Positions 38,480 through 50,677 of a DNA stretch of 64,000 nt are shown here, piece after piece. Each line of letters opens with the position of its first letter. Position 1 is the first letter of the stretch. The position numbers were made by a program, and so were the translations under genes. A model generated the notes under the pieces. The model was not told the origin of the DNA. It saw only the letters and a program-made list of their open reading frames with translations, and did not search any database. Origin of the DNA: Camelus ferus (Eukaryota); NCBI RefSeq assembly GCF_009834535.1, contig NC_045730.1, positions 12,152,001 through 12,216,000 on the forward strand, given 5' to 3'.

Positions 38480-39893
38480 GGCATAATTGGATATACTATC
38501 TGTGTATCTTCTTTGGCCAGGTGTCCCTTCCGATCTTTCCCTATTTTTAATGAGGTTGTTGGTGTTAAGAATTCTTTGAATATTTGAGACAAATCCTTTA
38601 TTGGATATGTGTTTGCAAATATTTTCCTCCTGATTTGTGACTTGTCTTTAGATTTTCTGAATAAGAGTAGAAGAGTACTTTCACAGAGTAGAAACCTTTA
38701 ATTTTATAAGGTCCATGATATTCCTTGTTTTCCTTTGTGGATTCCCTTTTTGTCTTGTGTGTTAAAACTGAAAGCTCATGATCTACTGTGCCAAACCCAA
38801 GCTCATGTCAATTTTCTTCTATGTTTTCTTCTATAATTTTGCATAGTTTTGCATTTTCAGTGAATTTGATGTACATTAAGGTCTGTGTCTACATTCATTT
38901 CATTTCATACAGTTGTCAATGAGTTGTTCCTTAATTATTTTGGAGAAGTTACAGGATATTTGACTCCGTTTCAAGTTGAATTTTCAAAGTTTAATGGATT
39001 CAGCAGGTCTGCCTCCAAGGGTCGCTGTCTCTGGTGAACTGTGAAGGAGGCCTGGCCTGAACTTCCCGCATTGCCCACAGCGGGGCACTGAGCCTGCCTC
39101 TGACTCATAGCGCGTGCGCTTTCCACCTGGGACAGGGCTCTGAGTGTAGAGGAAAGTTCTGTCTCTCAGGCACCACCTGAGCTTGGGGAAACCAAAATGT
39201 CAGCGTCTGTGCTGATCCAAGGTGAAGTCTCCTGAGGACCCACCGGGGTTTTAGCTTCTGGACAACATGGGGCTGAGTCCATGCTGGGTTCTTGGCCTTT
39301 TTATCATAAATGAACTGACCCTATCCGTGTGGGTTGATTTCTGGGCTCTCTGGTCCATGCAGCTGTTTGGGTCCCAATTCCACACTTTTTGGTGACTGTA
39401 GCTTTGTAATGTAATGTGACATCGAGAAGTGAGATGCCTCCAGCCTGTTCTTCCTTCTCAAGGTTGCTTTGACTATTCAGAGTCCTTTGTGATTTGGTTC
39501 CACACAAAAATTAGGGTGATTTGCTGTATTTCTGCGAAGAAAACATTGCTAGTTTGGTAGGGATTGCATTCACTATGTCCATGGCTGTGAGTAGAATGGA
39601 CATTTTAACCATATTAATCTTCCATTCCATGAGAATATCTGATCATCTGTTTGTGTCTTTTTCAGTTTCTTCATCAACCTTTTAAAGTTTTCAGTGTGCA
39701 GGTCTTTCCTATCCTCGCTTAAATTGAGTCTTAGGTATTTTGTTCTTTTGGATGCAATTGTAAATAGGTTGTTTTTTTTTTCTTTTCTGTTTCTGATGGG
39801 TCATTATTAATGTTTAGAAATGCAGTTGATTTTTGTGTAATGATTGTGTAACTTTACTGAATTCACTTATTTCTCATAGTTTTTCGGTGGAAT
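38480..39893 (-). mobile_element. LINE-1 fragments (38480-39000 and 39300-39893)
   Basis: QRTLNSQSNLEKEEQAGGISLLDVTLHYKATV plus typical antisense L1 text. Confidence 0.8.
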
Positions 39894-42800
39894 GATGTAG
39901 TAAATTGGAATTCAGACACCCCACTGTTTTCTACTGCATCCAGGTTGCCCACAACATGTAAGCCCCAGGGTGGATTACTGAGCTGGCCGCGCTGCTGGGT
40001 AATTGAATGGCCCCTCGGGATGGTTCCGTTCCCAACATCCATGTCACTGGGACAAATGCCTCCTCCCTCACTGCCTCTTAGCCTTCCAAGAGAAGGAGTA
40101 ACCCTCCAAATGTTGAGTGTGGCCCCGGTCGTGACAACCACAGACAGACTGTTCCTGTAGCCCTTTGACCTTCTGGTTGTAATGAAGATTGACATTCATA
40201 TGTGTTGAGAATCAAAGGTATGGAATCATCTGGGCCTCCTAAGAGGCAGTTCCACGTTGAGACCATATGGTCTTGGGGAGATATGTGCACCCCTGTAGTC
40301 TCTGGAAAGCCGCCAACTGTGGTATCGTGTGTGTGGTATAAAATAATCCTTGAGACTCCCACTGCTTTGTTGAGCAAGAATCTCCTTACCACCTTAGCAT
40401 TTGGTCTCTGCTCTCTGTAGAGAGAAGAGATTGGAAAGTGAGCAGATGTTTTCTTCCTGGGCGGGTGGCTCATATGGCCAGGGGGATGCCTGGGCCCCCA
40501 CCTCCCAGGGACAGGAACGAGCTCTGTGTCCCTTCCAAGGGCACACAGGCTATTCTTGGCCAGGCTCTGTGATGTGAGGACCTGATGCCCAAGGCAGGAG
40601 CCTTGAGTTTACCACCAACAGCCAAGTTGCTTTTTTAGCAAGTGGAAGAGCTTCTTGCCATCTCGGGAGGACAGCAGGGGCACTGGATGGGCAGCTGCAG
40701 CCCTGCCCCAAAGTGAGCCCCTTCTTGCCTTGGGCTTCAGGTCGATGGCTGTGCGCTGGGCTGACCGTGGCCCCCCAGTGGAGAAGAAGGAAAATGTCCT
40801 TTGCTTCCCTGAGGGCACCGGGCCTCCTTCCTCTGGCCCACACACCCCTTGGCCCCACCATTTAGTCTTTTCAGAATTTCACCCTTTCATGTTTGTTTTA
40901 ACCTAACAAACCCCTGTCACAGGTAGGGCTTTGAAGGCCTCGGACATCACAGGCTGCAAGGTCCTGCCCCCTTGCAGTGGGAACTGCCAGGCCAGCCATG
41001 GTCTCAAGTGTGACCACACCTGACAGTTAACTGTGGCCTGGGCGGGGGCCAAGACTTTGCTGGAAAAGCTCACCGGGTGGGTCTGAAGCTCTGCCAGGTA
41101 GGAAAGGGCTGAGGTGACGGGGGCAGCTCTCCCAACAAGGCCCACCTGGTGGCCCTGCGGCCCCGCCCGGCTCCTCACCTTCGCAGGGTGTCAGTGACCT
41201 GCTCTTGTGAGTCCTGGTGGCTGGGGGTTTGAGGAGCCGTTGACCTGAGAATATTTATTCTCCGAGCAGCAGGGCCAAGGTGGGGAGCCCGCCTAGGTCA
41301 GAGAGGTGGCTGGGGCAGGGAAGCCGGGAGCCCCGGTTAGAGGAGCCGCCAGAGGAGGAGGGTGGAGGTGGTGGGTCTGAGGCCCTGGTGCTGCCTCCAT
41401 CCCCCGCAGCTTGGAGGCCCAGTGCCAGTTCTGAGGCACCTTCAACTTTCTTTGTGAGACCGTCAGGGCTTCTTGCTCCCTCCCTCCCCGCACACTCTAA
41501 GGGCCCCACGTAGGGAATCCTGTCTGGTGCGCCCATTTCGGAAAACGTGTGAGCTCCACGCTTGGTTTCCAGAAACCCTGTTCCCTGAAGAGGGAGCGTG
41601 TCATCCGGAAGAAACTCACCCCTCCCCAGGGTGACCTGGGGTCTTGAGAGCTCTCACCCCTCCAAGAATAAAGGACACCCCCAATGCTGTGGGACCCCCA
41701 AAACAGAGAACCTGTGTTCTGGGGGGAGGGGCGGGAAGGAGACCCCCACAGGAGAGCTGTCATCACAGCTGAGAGTTGACGGACCCGCGGGGAGTAACGA
41801 GGCAGAGAGGTGGGTAAAGAGGATGCTGCGTGCGTGTCCGCTGGGGGCCCAAGCAGTCCACCGTCTTGGGGCCACTGGGAGCCCGGGGAGCAGCCTGTGG
41901 GTGCCAGGGGAGACGGGCTCCTGGCCACTGTGCTCAGGGCCTTTGTCTAACAATGAGTCTCGCTCAACCAGCCCCTGAGATAGTGGCCCTTTGCCCTTGA
42001 GGAGGCCCTGGCCACCACCACCTGAAGTCTCTGGAGCTCCTGAGAGCATGGCCGTCCCCACTGCTGACCTGCCTCGAGAACCACCCTGGGGCTGCTGGGG
42101 TGCTTGGAGCCCGCGGGGGCGCCGAGTAGGCTGGCGCTCCCTCCCGGGCAGCCGGGAGCTGGAGACGTGGGGTCCACGTGGAGAAGCAGGAGCTGGACCC
42201 ACGCTACTTGGCGGGGCTGGTGCCTGAGGGGAGGAGCAGAGGCGATGTCACAAAAAGGAGGTTGGAACCAAAAAAAGAAAGACCTTGCATTAGTAAGCAA
42301 CAAAGGGAGCAATTTTCCTGGTAGGCAGAAGGGAAATGTGAGTGGAATTTAAGAAGAAAAGTAACATGATTTGCATCTTGAAAAGCATTTCGGAAGTGGT
42401 GTGGGGAGGTGGGCAGGCTCATGGGTGTGAACTGCTGCTGTGCGGAAGCTAAGGGGCTGGATCACAGACTCCATCTGGTCCTAACTGGAGGTGTGGGGAC
42501 TGTGTTTCCACTGGGCCTGGAGTCTCACTTCTCTTGCCCCTTCGTTCCACCTTCGCCTTCTGCAACATGGAAACATCCTGCTCGCCCACGGATGACGTTC
42601 CTGAGAGGGAAATCTCTGAATTCCACCCGCATTCGGCGTTGCTCATGCAGCCAAGCACCTGGCCCTCGTTCTGTTGCCATGGTGATACCAGGTGCTGCTG
42701 GCAAGATGGCACTGAGAAACACAATATTAAAAAAAAGAAAAGAAAGAAAGGTTTTGTTTTTTTTTTAAACTGGAGACCAAAGTTTTGAAAAATCAGCTCA

Positions 42801-44776
42801 ATTACACCAAAGCCTAAGGACGGACAGATCTCCTGGCAAATGCCTTGATGCTCCTCCAGCTTTCTCCCAGAACCAGTCCTGTGGGGTGGCCACACCATCT
42901 ACCGCCCCAGGGCTCTAACCACCCCTCTAATCGGTCAGGGCAGAACCGTCCTGCCTTACCTGCTTCCAAAGAGGGTGCCGCCCACTTCTGGTTCCCCCTG
43001 CGGTGGGAACCCCAGCTAGTTCTGGGAAGAAAAGCCCAGTCCCTTCGGGCAGAGGCCTGTGCGACCTGCAGCCAGTTGGCAAGCACAGAAAACACTTAGA
43101 ACGTTGGGTGCCCGGCAGCCTCTGCACCTCGCACGTGCCGTTGTCATCGCATGTGCAGGGGTGTCAAAGAACTCCCTCTGCTGTCCTTTTCTATTCTTTC
43201 TGAGCCCTGATTTTAGACACTGGAGTTGGGGCTGGGGAGAGAGGCTGCAGCTGACCCTTCTTTATTCAAGGACATCTGATTCACCCTAGGAGTCAGGGTA
43301 GGAATTTGGGGCTTAAGCCAGAGACTGCATTGCTGTGTCCAGTGGCTCCAGCAGGTTGGGGGCAGGGCTGGGGGCACTGGGGCAGCCAGAAAGCCTGTGC
43401 TCTCTCTACAAGGAGTGGCAGCTACTTTGTCATTATTGCTCTGCGGGAATGTGGGCTCAGTGCTGCCCGATCTTCCAGTTTCAGAAGAAGCTGGATTTTG
43501 ACATGACATATTTTTGTGCACCAGGGACATTCTTACTATGGCCACAGGCAAGCAATCAGTCCACTAAGATGGCATGAGATGAAAATAATTAGGTAAGGGG
43601 CAGGCTGGAGAAAGCAATCAGGAGCCTGAGCTGGAGGGCGTGCTTGTGAAATGTACGTGGGAAAGGACGAGGGGCGAGGTGAGCTCCTGGTCCTTCAGTC
43701 CGCAGCTCCTTCTCAGCAGGACAAGGAGCCCAGGGAAGGAAGTTTGAATACTTAAACTACAAATTTTATGATTTGAGAGCTTTCTTTGCCTGATGTCAAT
43801 TCCGATGGGCTGGAGGCAACGGAAGATTATGGTTTCCCAACATTTAAAATGTTACCTATCCTAGAAACATGATAGTGTTCATTTAAAAAAAAAGAACAAA
43901 GCTATGTTTCTGTTTTTGTGTTTTGATGCGTGGGGAAGCGCCCTGGTTTGAGTTTTTGCTCTGTTCTCCCTGGGTGAGAAATCCACATGCATAAGGAGAT
44001 GGCTTTGCTCCTTCCGTCTTTGATTGCGGGTGAATCCTTCGCCCTTAGAACGATGTTTTCCCAAGATGGGGAGGGGAGGTGTCTGCTAACCGCTAATAGT
44101 CAACCATTAGGAACCACCAAGTCTGAAATCAACGTCCTGGCTTCATTCATTATTCCACAGTTAAAGGTTCTACGGGGCTAGATTTAGGTTTTTCAGAACA
44201 GGTCGATCATGGAAAATGGGAAGGAAATAAATTGGATGTATCTCCTTCCTTCTAAGAATTCAGGAGAAGGAAAAATTTGGAAGATTAAAAGATAAAAAAG
44301 CCTCCGTAGCCTAAGGGACACTTTAAAAGACGACCTCACATCAGTCATGCTGGCCGGAATGAATAGATCATGAACACATTACATTTAAAGCTCTCTGGCT
44401 TCTTGAAAAATGAAACGAAGGAGACTGGTTTTTTTGGTCAACAGTATAGTCTAAAATTTTAAAATGTCGACGTTTGTTGCCTGGGTTAGCAGGATTTGAG
44501 TTTTTAGTGATTGAGACTAACCACAGAAAAGTGAAATATTGTCCAGTTACCTGGCTTCACAGCGGTTCTGGCTGGTGTTAGTCCATAGATATTTATTCTC
44601 TGGTTCTTAGATAAAGGCTCCTCTAAGCAAATTCTCCAGAGGCTCTCGTGTGACTCTGAGCTACTAGGAGTCTTGAGTTGACTTTCAAAGCCACAGAAGA
44701 AGTGGCACCAAGACGCCTGATTCTTCCTCCCCCTTTCTTATCGAAAAGCAGCCTTCTAGTATTCTCAAAAATAGAA

Positions 44777-45080
44777 AAAGGGCAGACAGACTCACAGACA
44801 TAGAAAAGAAACTTGTGGCTACCGGGGGGGGGGGGTAGGGAGGGGTAAATTGGGAGTTCAGGATTTGCAGATACTAACTACTGTATATAAAATAGATGAA
44901 CAACAAGGTCTCTGTGTAGCACACAGAACTGTATTCAATACCTTGTAATGGCCTATAATGAAAAAAATATGAAAATGTATATATATGTATGTGTATATAT
45001 ATTATATATATGAATTACTATGCTGTACACCAGAAATTAACACTATATTGTAAATCAACTGTACTTCAATTTAAAAAATT
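44777..45080 (+). mobile_element. LINE-1 3' end with G-rich tract and A tail
   Basis: cagactcacagacatagaaaagaaacttgtggctacc-G tract-...aacaacaaggtc...gtaaatcaactgtacttcaattt-A. Confidence 0.85.
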
Positions 45081-45949
45081 GAAAAAGGGAAAATTATCAT
45101 TTGGGTACATCGAACTGTGTATACCATGAAAATGTTTACTTTTTTGGCACAAAAATGATAATGATAAAGTTATAAATCTATCTTTCTGATTTATATGAAT
45201 AGAAACTGTAACCATATGAGAAAACAGAATCACCATAAGTAAAGGTCAGTAGAAATATCAGATTAAAGAACTGAAGGTTAAAGATGAAAGAATGAGACCT
45301 GGTAAAATGGAAGCTGTGGCAAGTATCAGATCCAAAATACAACAGCAGCAGCAAACACACGTCACAGTGGCTATGAGGCAGGGATTAGTCTGTCCTTCAT
45401 TCCACGTGTGAGGAAATAGGCACAGAGAAGTTAGGTAGCTGTTCAAACTCATCCAATTTGTAAACGGCAGAGTCTAGGTCTGTTTCTAGAATTCATGCTA
45501 ACATCAACACGTTTAACATTTTATAGACAAAAAAAAGGAGGGCTCAGAATGTGATCCAAACAAAAGGGATCTCCAAATTGCCTAGAAGGATCCCAGAAGG
45601 TGGGCCTGGAGTGTAAGGAGCAATAGCGCTCAGTGAAAACGGTAAGTGTGCGAGTAGCCCTAGGCACTGAAATTGACTGCACAAAACGACAACGATGACG
45701 CCCAACTGTGGAGTAAAAATAAAAACTAAATTCTAGGAAATGACAGGATATAAAGTGAGCAAGGATAGGTAGAATTAAATATGCTTACATCTTTGTACAG
45801 CTGTTTATTCATTTTACATTTATTTAGTATGCATATTCAAGTTCCTCAGGGGGCATCTACTAAAAGGGTAGAAATTTGGTAGGGGAAAATGGAAAGGGGA
45901 AAAAAATCAATCCAAATTAAGGAAAGGGAAGGAAAGGGTGAAAGGAAAA

Positions 45950-47340
45950 TAAAACAAGAAAAAGCAGGCAATGCACCAGACGGAAACAAATCAAGGTCAA
46001 CAGATGATAGAAACAAATCAATGAGCACAGTCAACGTGAAAGACTAATCGTGGAGGTAAAATGATTGTTCATTAGACTAACTGAGAAACACGTGAAAGAA
46101 AGGGGAAGGATATGCAGCTCTGTGTTGTTTGTAAGGACAAGCTTGACATAGACATAGAAAGGTTAAAGATTAAAGGATGGGGAAAATATACCAAATAAAT
46201 ACAAATCAAAACAAAGCTAGTATAGCTATATTAATATAAGACAAAATACAAAATGGGCTTTAAGTAAAAATCGATGAAAAGAATCAGTAGGACATGGTAA
46301 AAGCTTAATCATCACGTAATCACAAGTGTCTTTAAAAGAGAGAGGCAGGAAGTTAAAGCAGTTCTAAATTTGTAAGACAGACTTTAAAAAAAGTCTCCAG
46401 AAATAAAACCAACCAACCAACCAAAAGAACAAGGGGAACGTGACTAATCTACCGTCCCAGTGGGCAGCCATCCTTGGTAATTGACTGACCTCTAAAAGTC
46501 AAAAAGGGTAAAGATTTGCAAATCTCAGTGGACGTACATAGAGTGGTGTCTGCATTACAACTGGAGAGTATGTTTCCCAAACCCACATAGAGCATTCATC
46601 AGAACTGTGTCCTAGTCTAGATAATTTGCAAAGAGCTAGGATCATAGGAACCACATACTCCACTCTGTACCACGATGCAGTTGAGTTTGGAAAAAAATTA
46701 TAGAAAGATAAGCTAGAAAAACCCTTGTCTCTTTGGGAAATTGAAAATATACTTCTAAACAACCCATGTGTCCAGAAAAAAAATCACAGAGGAAATTTAA
46801 AAATACTCAGCATTGCAACTTGTTTGATATAGCTTGTACTATTTGGAGGGAAAAGTACAACCTTAAATGATATTTCAAAAGAGAAAGGACAGAAAACAAA
46901 TGAACTGAGCTCCTTAGCCTAAGCATTCAACTTGAGAAATTAAAAAGAGAAGAGAATGACACCACCCTCTCTCTCCCATAGAAAGAAAAATTAAAGACAT
47001 CATTATGAAATTCATGAGGAATCTCATAGGACCCAGAAGAGACTGGGAATGAGGAAGGGACGTTTTCCATCAATATTTATAAAGTATGTTAGGCAGGACC
47101 AATGGACTAGAGGAAACCAGTGGAATCGAGTAGTGAGTGCCTACAGCCTTGCACATGGATGGGGATGTGATACATGACAAAGCTGCCATTGCACACCAGT
47201 GGGGAAACGGGCCACCATTAAGTATGTGGGATTAGGACCATAGGATAAAAAATACAGATCTTTACCTCACCAAGTGCAAAAAAATCAGTCATGTGGATCA
47301 AGATCCTTTTCTCTCAAGGGTGTCCAGTTTTAGATAAAAA
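45950..47340 (+). mobile_element. Highly decayed ancient LINE-1
   Basis: A-rich sequence with scattered ORF2-like phrases; boundaries uncertain. Confidence 0.45.
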
Positions 47341-48183
47341 ATTATGTAGTGACCCTATATCCAACCACACGACCTTCCCCCCCTCACTCTAGGCTTTCCG
47401 CAAGATCTTCATTCATTCAACAGATGTTTTCTGTGCGCCTGCCCACTCTGTTCCTGCCACTGTTCCAGGCATTTGGGATATGACAGCAAACCAGAGATCT
47501 CTGCCATGGTGGGGTTTATAGTCTGGATGACTAACACATACGGCCTTTACTCTGCGCCAGGCACGTTCTAAGCCGTGATGTTAACGCATTGAATCCTTGG
47601 TAGATGCTACTGTTCTTACGTGTAAGTGGCAGAGCTAGGGTTTGACATCGGTCTGTCCGCCCTCAGGATATCAGCTACTAACTGTTACATGACACCACCT
47701 CTTCAGCCTAGGTAATGGTTTTGCTTGAGTATCTAAGTGTGGTGATGCGAAGACATCCATTGTCAGTCATGAGTTGGCTTTTTTATGACTCTAGAGCGGT
47801 ATTGGACACGGACCACCCAGCCTTGGATGAGTTGAGAAAAAGCTGCTCAAACCATCCTCAGGGTTGTGTGGTTCCGATGAGAAATCTTGGTTGAGAAAGG
47901 CTGTAAAGACGATCTTCTGGGGGCCAGAGTGCTGAAGAGGAGCCCTACTGAGCTGCATCTCTGCTCTGATGCTGTCCGTTAAGTCCTTTCCTAAAGAATG
48001 ATAGTGCTCGCTGTCATGGTAGCAGCTGTCAGAAACTCAGCTGCTTAAGCATCGTGGAGAAAGTTAAGACTGAGTCAAGTTCTTGGCCTCTGCCTCCTTA
48101 GGTTTGGTATGTTTAGGGTTAACCTATACGAGAAAGAAGGTATGTCTTTAGAATATAGTCATTTAAACTTTTTTTTTTTTTTT

Positions 48184-48580
48184 TTTGCCATTTGCAGCAA
48201 CATGGATGGGCTTGGAAGGCATTATGCTGAGAAATGTCAGATAGAGAAACACAAATACTGTGTGGTATTACTTACATGTGGAATCTAAAAAATACAACAA
48301 ACCAGTGTATACAATAGAAAAGAAACAGACACAGAGGACAAACTAATGGTTACCAGTGGTGGAGAGGAGAGAGAGGGACACGACAGGGTTAGGGGATTAA
48401 AAAGTACAAATTATTAGCCTATGAAACAAGCTACAAGGATATATTGTCCAACATGGAGAATACAGCAAATATTTTATAGCTACAATTGGAGTATAACCTT
48501 TAAAAATTGTGAATCTCTATATGGTACAGCTGTAATTTAAATAATATTCTACATCAGCTATTCTTCAATTTAAAAAAAAA
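48184..48580 (+). mobile_element. LINE-1 3' end
   Basis: gccatttgcagcaacatggatgggcttggaaggcattatgct...ctattcttcaattt-A tail. Confidence 0.88.
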
Positions 48581-48596
48581 TTTGGTAGATCACGGT

Positions 48597-49087
48597 TGTC
48601 CAACAAGAATAATGCCCCCCCAAAGCTACACAGGTCCTCATGCCCAGGACCTGTAAATCCCATAACCTTATATAGAAAAAGGGATTTTGCAGATGTGATT
48701 AGGTCAAGGATCTCAGGAAGAGGAGAATATCCTGGATGATCAGGGTAGGTCCTAAATGTAATCGTGCCTTTATGAGAGAGGCAGAGGGAGATCTGACTGC
48801 AGGAGAGGGTAACGTGACAAGTGAAGCAGGAAGCTAGGGCACTGGCTCTGAAGACAGAGGAAGGGGCCGTGAGCCAAGGAGTGCAAGGGATGTAGCCCTA
48901 GAAGCTGGAAGAGGACACAACAGCTTGTCCCCGAGAGCTTCCGGGGGAGCATCATCCTACCTTGATTTCAATTCAGTGAAACTGACTTTGAACTTCTGAC
49001 CTCCAGAAATATAAGCACATAAATGTGTGCTGTTTTAAGCTGGTCAATTTGTGGATTTGTTAACAGCGATGATAGGAAATTCATACA
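48597..49087 (+). mobile_element. MLT1D-like solo LTR
   Basis: gggattttgcagatgtgattagg...gagccaaggagtgcaaggg...gaacttctgacctccagaa...ataggaaattcataca. Confidence 0.88.
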
Positions 49088-49879
49088 AAGTTGTTTATAT
49101 TGAAAAACCCGTCTCTCATAGACAGGGTAGGAGGGTTAGCAGAGACTGGGATGTAATGAGGTAAACAGAATGGCCTCTGGAGGAGGAAGGTGTCTAGCAT
49201 CTCCGCTTGGGTTCAGTGCCCACCTGGCGGGAGGATCCTGCACCGAGGCCCTGGGGAGCCGGATGCGGGTCTGGCTTTGCTCGGTGAGCACCAGAGGGCT
49301 GGTGATGTGGTGCCTGGCGATGGTCTGGATAGAGGCAGCTCTACCACCTTCTGTCCAGAGTGGAGAAGACAGGGAGCAGGGCTGCAGCTGACCCACGAAG
49401 GGGACACAAGAAAGGGAGAAACATTTCCTGCTGTGAGCCCCTGAGCTCATATTTGTTATTGCAGCACAACCCAACTTAACTTGAGGGATAAAAGTGAGAG
49501 GAATGAATGAAATATCCTTTGGGCCTTGAACCTAACTTCTCTTTTACGTATAAAAAGTATTTTAATAGTTTTAATGATACACTGGCTTTTCTAGTCATAT
49601 GCATGAAAACTAAGGAAAGAATGTATTTTATTTTGTTCCAAACGTAACCTAGAACCATCATCATTTAAGTTAAATGTTATCTGAGTCCATGAGTGAAGCT
49701 GGGCCAATGGAAACATTCACAAAAGATCCCTGCCAGACACAGCAAAAAAAAAAAAAAAAAAAAAAAAGGGATGTTTAGAATAGGTAATTTTTTTAAAAGT
49801 CTGGACCAATTAAGGCAGTTATAAGTGGATGACATTCAAATATATATATGTATATATACTAGAATGAGTTTCAAGCCAC

Positions 49880-50677
49880 GCAAAGTTCACCAAAACAATT
49901 TTTATTTCCAGTGTTTAATTGGGTATGCACACAGGCATGACACAGGTTTGGATCCATTAAGTCCTCATGCAGAATTATATACTTCTCCATAAAGAAGCCA
50001 GTTCCATCCAGATCACTATCTACACACCTATGTTACAACATTTATATCAAATCTGGTATCTGAAGAAAAGATACACATACAATATGTTCATNNNNNNNNN
50101 NNNNNNNNNNNNNNNNNNNNNNNNNNNNNNNNNNNNNNNNNNNNNNNNNNNNNNNNNNNNNNNNNNNNNNNNNNNNNNNNNNNNNNNNNNNNNNNNNNNN
50201 NNNNNNNNNNNNNNNNNNNNNNNNNNNNNNNNNNNNNNNNNNNNNNNNNNNNNNNNNNNNNNNNNNNNNNNNNNNTACTCATTGTAAGTTACCTAATTTT
50301 AACAGTATGGCACCCTAAAAACCAAATGTGTTTTTATGATGAGGCACTTCTGTTAGTGATGAGATCAAAAGAACAGGCTTGCTGCATACTGGTGACAGCT
50401 ATTTTCTTCAGTAATCTTGGGTATTACACTATGTGGTGAGTTGCAACAAATACTTTCCTCATTTGNNNNNNNNNNNNNNNNNNNNNNNNNNNNNNNNNNN
50501 NNNNNNNNNNNNNNNNNNNNNNNNNNNNNNNNNNNNNNNNNNNNNNNNNNNNNNNNNNNNNNNNNNNNNNNNNNNNNNNNNNNNNNNNNNNNNNNNNNNN
50601 NNNNNNNNNNNNNNNNNNNNNNNNNNCCGGAACGTGTAACAGTAGCTTTGATTCGCTCGAGGGGACGTACCCCCAGT
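49880..50677 (-). other. ARHGAP21: ARHGAP21 3' UTR (N-gaps 50092-50275 and 50466-50626)
   Basis: Lies between the TAA and the polyA signal. Confidence 0.7.
49901..49906 (-). terminator. Polyadenylation signal AATAAA (ARHGAP21)
   Basis: TTTATT on the + strand at the end of the AU-rich UTR, ~770 nt past the stop. Confidence 0.65.

Noticed and set aside
32377-39893. Possible active LINE-1
   Set aside because: 5'-truncated, fragmented, with many stops and frameshifts.
49216-49230. CTCF-like CCGCCAGGTGGGCAC
   Set aside because: An extra G breaks the GGC core, and it lies in LTR-like sequence.
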